From the sequence record OZ374592.1: a stretch of 32,000 nt of DNA; one strand, 5' to 3'. The number at the start of each line of letters is the position of its first letter. Within the stretch, counting starts at the first letter, position 1. Positions 28,810 through 32,000 of the stretch are shown piece after piece. Both the position numbers and the translations under genes were made by a program. The notes under the pieces were generated by a model. The model did no database searches. It had not been told where the DNA came from and worked only from the letters and a program-made list of their open reading frames with translations.

Positions 28810-29532
28810 TTACTTATTCCATACAATATGATCAAATAATGCTGACAATACTTGAACGCCTCGCAATTGATTAAATAAAGGCAGATGACCATTTGGAGCA
28901 TCTATATTCCAAATAAATTCATTAGGATATCTTAATGGCACTCCTTGATTTTTCCATCCTATTTGTAGCCATAATTTTTCCCAATCACAATTATTTGCAA
29001 GCCAGATTTGTCTTTGCTTAGAAAAGCCAAATTTATATCTAGAATAAACTGACCACATCTTATCTATAATAGCTAAATCATCTGCAGGTATTAATGGTAT
29101 ATCAGTAAAATATAGCCAATTGCGTGTATTTTTCTGCTCTAAACCTGCTAATTTACAAAGATAGAACTGTGTTAGTTTATCAGCATCCTGATAATCATGA
29201 TTCATTAACATTTTTTGCAATGGCTGATAATCTAAAGTAAATGATGATTTAACATCAACAATACCATAAGGTAAATAATTACGCAAAGCTTGTTGAACTT
29301 TTGGTATATTAGAATTATATAATATCTCAAAAATTATACTATCTAAATACAAAGGATCTAATTTATTTATTGTATTACGATTTACCAAAAGCTCTAATAA
29401 TGCTTGCTGTCCATGATTTTCTTCTACAGCTATTTGCTGAACTAAATGTAATTGCTGTTTTGCAGACAGACTATTTTGTAATTTAATAATCTTATCTTGC
29501 ACAGTTAAACTATTATTTATTTTTTTTGTCAT
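28810..29532 (-). CDS. ycf53: GUN4-domain protein ycf53
   Basis: 240 aa. The C-terminal half (DKMWSVYSRYKFGFSKQRQIW...GW) resembles the GUN4 porphyrin-binding domain. The size fits ycf53. Confidence 0.75.
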   Translation of the reverse strand: MTKKINNSLTVQDKIIKLQNSLSAKQQLHLVQQIAVEENHGQQALLELLVNRNTINKLDPLYLDSIIFEILYNSNIPKVQQALRNYLPYGIVDVKSSFTLDYQPLQKMLMNHDYQDADKLTQFYLCKLAGLEQKNTRNWLYFTDIPLIPADDLAIIDKMWSVYSRYKFGFSKQRQIWLANNCDWEKLWLQIGWKNQGVPLRYPNEFIWNIDAPNGHLPLFNQLRGVQVLSALFDHIVWNK

Positions 29533-29612
29533 TAATAAAAAATTTACGATTAGTAATATTAACTATAATATAATGGTTTTTATTTATTGAAACAATTACT
29601 AATAACATAAAT

Positions 29613-30572
29613 TTAAAAACTGTTTAGACTAGTGAGAATCATGCGAATACAAAAAATAGCACTATTGCCTATCAAATTAATAAATATATATAATATAATT
29701 TTACTCAAAATCAACAATAATTTTTCTAATTGAGGAATTAAGATATCTTGAATTTCCATAAAAAAAATGAAAGCTAATTGTGGCCCTGATAAAAAATCAC
29801 AATCTCTCTGCCTAGCTATATAAATATATTTAGATATTATACCAGAAGAACTAATCAATAAAACTTTATAACGTGAACTATATATTTGTTTTGGCTGATT
29901 AATATATAAATAAATTAAATTTTGTATTATCATACTATTACGAAAAAGTACAATTGACCTCATTGAAATATAAGCATTATTACAAAATTGATGATTCTGA
30001 ATAAAATCAATCATCTCTACTAAGGAATGCTTACTATCGATAACAGAAAATATAACTAAATTAGAAATTTGAATAATTAAATTCTCTAATAAAATTGAAA
30101 CATGCTCTTTAGGAGTTGCAATATTTTCAAAAGCAAACAATTGTTTATTAATATAAGAACAACCAAATATACAATATATTAATAAATACTCCAAGATTAA
30201 TTTGTTTTCACATAAAATAGCTTGTACGTAATTATTTTTTTTCATGCCATCATCACAATTATTGATTAAAAATTTAGATGAGAATTGAGTTAAAGATTTT
30301 TGTACCAAATCAAATAAAATTTTATGATTTAACAATTTTATATTTTTTACACTTAAATCTAATTCAACAATATCAAGAATTAATACCTCTAATTCAACCA
30401 AAATAATAGAAAATAATATACTTTTAGTATAATTATCTAAAAAGTCTATATATAATAAACTATTAGTTTTATTAGGTAAACTGTATAGAAACTTTTGTTT
30501 TGTATTAAAAAACAAATTAGCGACTTCATTATTTAATTGTATACTTTGCTCATATGGCCAATAATCTATCAT
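29613..30572 (-). CDS. ycf55: Conserved plastid/cyanobacterial protein of unknown function, probably ycf55
   Basis: The 319-aa uninterrupted frame is too long to be chance in AT-rich DNA. The assignment rests on size and on its position between ycf53 and ycf54 as I recall from red-algal plastids. It does not rest on a motif I can name. Confidence 0.55.
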   Translation of the reverse strand: MIDYWPYEQSIQLNNEVANLFFNTKQKFLYSLPNKTNSLLYIDFLDNYTKSILFSIILVELEVLILDIVELDLSVKNIKLLNHKILFDLVQKSLTQFSSKFLINNCDDGMKKNNYVQAILCENKLILEYLLIYCIFGCSYINKQLFAFENIATPKEHVSILLENLIIQISNLVIFSVIDSKHSLVEMIDFIQNHQFCNNAYISMRSIVLFRNSMIIQNLIYLYINQPKQIYSSRYKVLLISSSGIISKYIYIARQRDCDFLSGPQLAFIFFMEIQDILIPQLEKLLLILSKIILYIFINLIGNSAIFCIRMILTSLNSF

Positions 30573-30808
30573 ACTATTATTATTTATAAATATATTAAAA
30601 AAACAATTGAAATGATTTTAACAATAACTAATCATTGTATAATTAATGTACCGCTTTTTATATAAACCAATAATTATTTACAAGATAGTATAAAAAAACC
30701 ATATATACAAAATATATGAAATAAAGCATAATACTTGTAAAATATACTAAATCATTGTGCATGATAAACATCAAAAACAAGAATATTATATAAATTATTT
30801 ATAACCAT

Positions 30809-31102
30809 ATGCCTAATTACTATTTTGCAATTGCAAGTCAAAATTTTTTACTTAACGAAGAACCGATAGAAGAAATTTTAAGAGAGCGTACAAATCATTA
30901 TAAAAAAATAAATAAAAATTTAGATTTTTGGCTAGTAAAAAATCCAACTTTCATAAATTCACCTAAATTCACACAACTTAAAACACAATTAACTAGCCCT
31001 GCTGCTGCTATAATCTCATTAGATAAACAATTTATACAATGGCTCAACTTAAGAATAGGATTTGTTGCAATAGGTGATTTTGAATCAAAATCATATAAAT
31101 AA
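30809..31102 (+). CDS. ycf54: Ycf54 (Mg-protoporphyrin monomethyl ester cyclase accessory factor family)
   Basis: 97 aa. YYFAIASQNFLLNEEPIEEILRERTNHYKKINKNLDFWLVKNPTFI...PAAAIISLDKQFIQWLNLRI closely parallels the cyanobacterial Ycf54 sequence as I remember it. Confidence 0.85.
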   Translation: MPNYYFAIASQNFLLNEEPIEEILRERTNHYKKINKNLDFWLVKNPTFINSPKFTQLKTQLTSPAAAIISLDKQFIQWLNLRIGFVAIGDFESKSYK

Positions 31103-31131
31103 TTATAAATCCATAAAAAATTCAAATGAAC

Positions 31132-31154
31132 TAAGTCTGCATATATCAGACTTA
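31132..31154. terminator. Stem-loop shared by convergent ycf54 and rbcR
   Basis: taagtctg (31132-31139) pairs with cagactta (31147-31154). The 3' arm contains the rbcR stop codon (31152-31154). Confidence 0.4.
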
Positions 31155-32000
31155 ATTTTCTAAAAATATTTTCTCTGACGCAGGAGTAACAAATAATGTT
31201 AAAATCTCTTGACTAAAGGTTTCAGCAGCTTTGGATTTATAACGATTAGGATTAACTATTATAGATAACATTCTTTTAATAGTAACATTCTCTATTCTAG
31301 CCCAATGTAAAATACCTAATTCCAATTCTTTAGCAATTGCAGATACAGAAACAAAAGCGGCGCCTAAACCTGATTGAACAGCATTTTTAATTGCTTCTAT
31401 AGAATTTAACTCCATCTCTATCTTAAATCTACTACTATCAATATCATGCTGATTCAAAACTTTATCAATTACCTTACGAATAGTAGATTGAGTATCTAAG
31501 GCTATAAAACGCAATCTATATAAATCTTCTTTTTGTATATCTGAGACTTTGGAAAAAGTATGTGATGTAGGCAAAATTAATGCTAACTCATCTTCTGCAT
31601 ATGAAGTAACTTGTAAAATATCTTTTAGCTCATTTGGTACCTCTCCACCAATTACAGCTAAATCAACTTGGCCATTAGCTACACTCCAAGATATTAATCT
31701 TGTAGAATGCACTTGTAACTGAACATTGACTTGTGGATACCTTTGTCTAAATAAACCTATCAATCGTGGCATTAAATACGTGCCTGTCGTTTGGCTAGCA
31801 CCAATAATTAAAGTTCCTCCCTGTAAATTTTGAACATCTTCTAAAGCTCGGCAAGTTTCCTCGCACAATGCTAAAATTCTACCGCCATATCGAAGTAATA
31901 AATTGCCTGCTTCAGTTAATGTAGCCTTTTTATTAGTCCTTTCAAATAAAGGAATATTAAGCTGTTTTTCCAGGCTTTGAATTTGTAAACTAACAGCAGG
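31152..32000 (-). CDS. rbcR: LysR-type transcriptional regulator RbcR (ycf30); the extreme N-terminus lies beyond the window end
   Basis: The frame stays open upstream of the track's internal Met all the way to position 32000. My translation of 32000-31869 gives [45 protein letters not shown], a LysR HTH. A LysR substrate-binding domain follows. Confidence 0.85.
   Translation of the reverse strand, partial: PAVSLQIQSLEKQLNIPLFERTNKKATLTEAGNLLLRYGGRILALCEETCRALEDVQNLQGGTLIIGASQTTGTYLMPRLIGLFRQRYPQVNVQLQVHSTRLISWSVANGQVDLAVIGGEVPNELKDILQVTSYAEDELALILPTSHTFSKVSDIQKEDLYRLRFIALDTQSTIRKVIDKVLNQHDIDSSRFKIEMELNSIEAIKNAVQSGLGAAFVSVSAIAKELELGILHWARIENVTIKRMLSIIVNPNRYKSKAAETFSQEILTLFVTPASEKIFLEN

Noticed and set aside
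1-32000. Search for CRISPR arrays, transposase, integrase or phage genes, long direct repeats, group II introns, and defence or toxin-antitoxin-like modules
   Set aside because: I saw none. All long ORFs but one belong to housekeeping plastid families. ATPase and kinase genes (ycf46, dfr, chlI, secA) that might look like defence components are conserved plastid or cyanobacterial genes in conserved contexts.

Overview
This window reads as ordinary, densely packed plastid DNA of the red-algal (rhodophyte) type, not a bacterial accessory region. It is very AT-rich by eye, shows no introns, and uses the standard bacterial code. Genes sit on both strands with short spacers. Evidence for the rhodophyte call is the co-occurrence of phycobiliprotein genes (cpcB, cpcA, apcD), PSI/PSII/cytochrome small-subunit genes, and metabolic or regulatory genes that red-algal plastids typically keep (gltB, pgmA, trpA, carA, fabH, accD, ftrB, secA, tilS, dfr/ycf26, rbcR/ycf30, and the ycf21/37/46/52/53/54/55/63/64 series). 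Gene order is: gltB(-, partial) rpoZ cpcB cpcA pgmA ycf21 secA trnE trpA(-) trnK(-) tilS grx/ycf64 psb30 ftrB(-) psaI psbJLFE(-) dfr(-) ycf63(-) trnV trnR chlI(-) psaM(-) orf113(-) ycf46(-) rpl34(-) ycf37 trnP(-) ycf52(-) psaF psaJ apcD ffs fabH psbX accD psbV petJ carA ycf53(-) ycf55(-) ycf54 rbcR(-, partial). The ORF track missed nine short genes that I found by hand translation (psb30, psaI, psbJ, psbL, psbF, psaM, rpl34, psaJ, psbX). I also folded five tRNAs and a plastid SRP RNA (ffs). I do not see a convincing undescribed multi-gene system, and there is no CRISPR array, transposase, integrase, phage or toxin-like gene. The points most worth a second look are: (1) tilS is split by a frameshift inside an A9 homopolymer; (2) orf113 lies in the least recognisable roughly 0.8 kb of the window; (3) the ffs RNA, which annotation pipelines may miss; (4) the tight ycf63-dfr (permease plus sensor kinase) pair; (5) the ycf53-ycf55-ycf54 neighbourhood; (6) several coding ends that overlap or abut antisense tRNAs, plus strong stem-loops at convergent gene ends. 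All family assignments come from my own recognition of motifs and remembered homologues. No database search was run.
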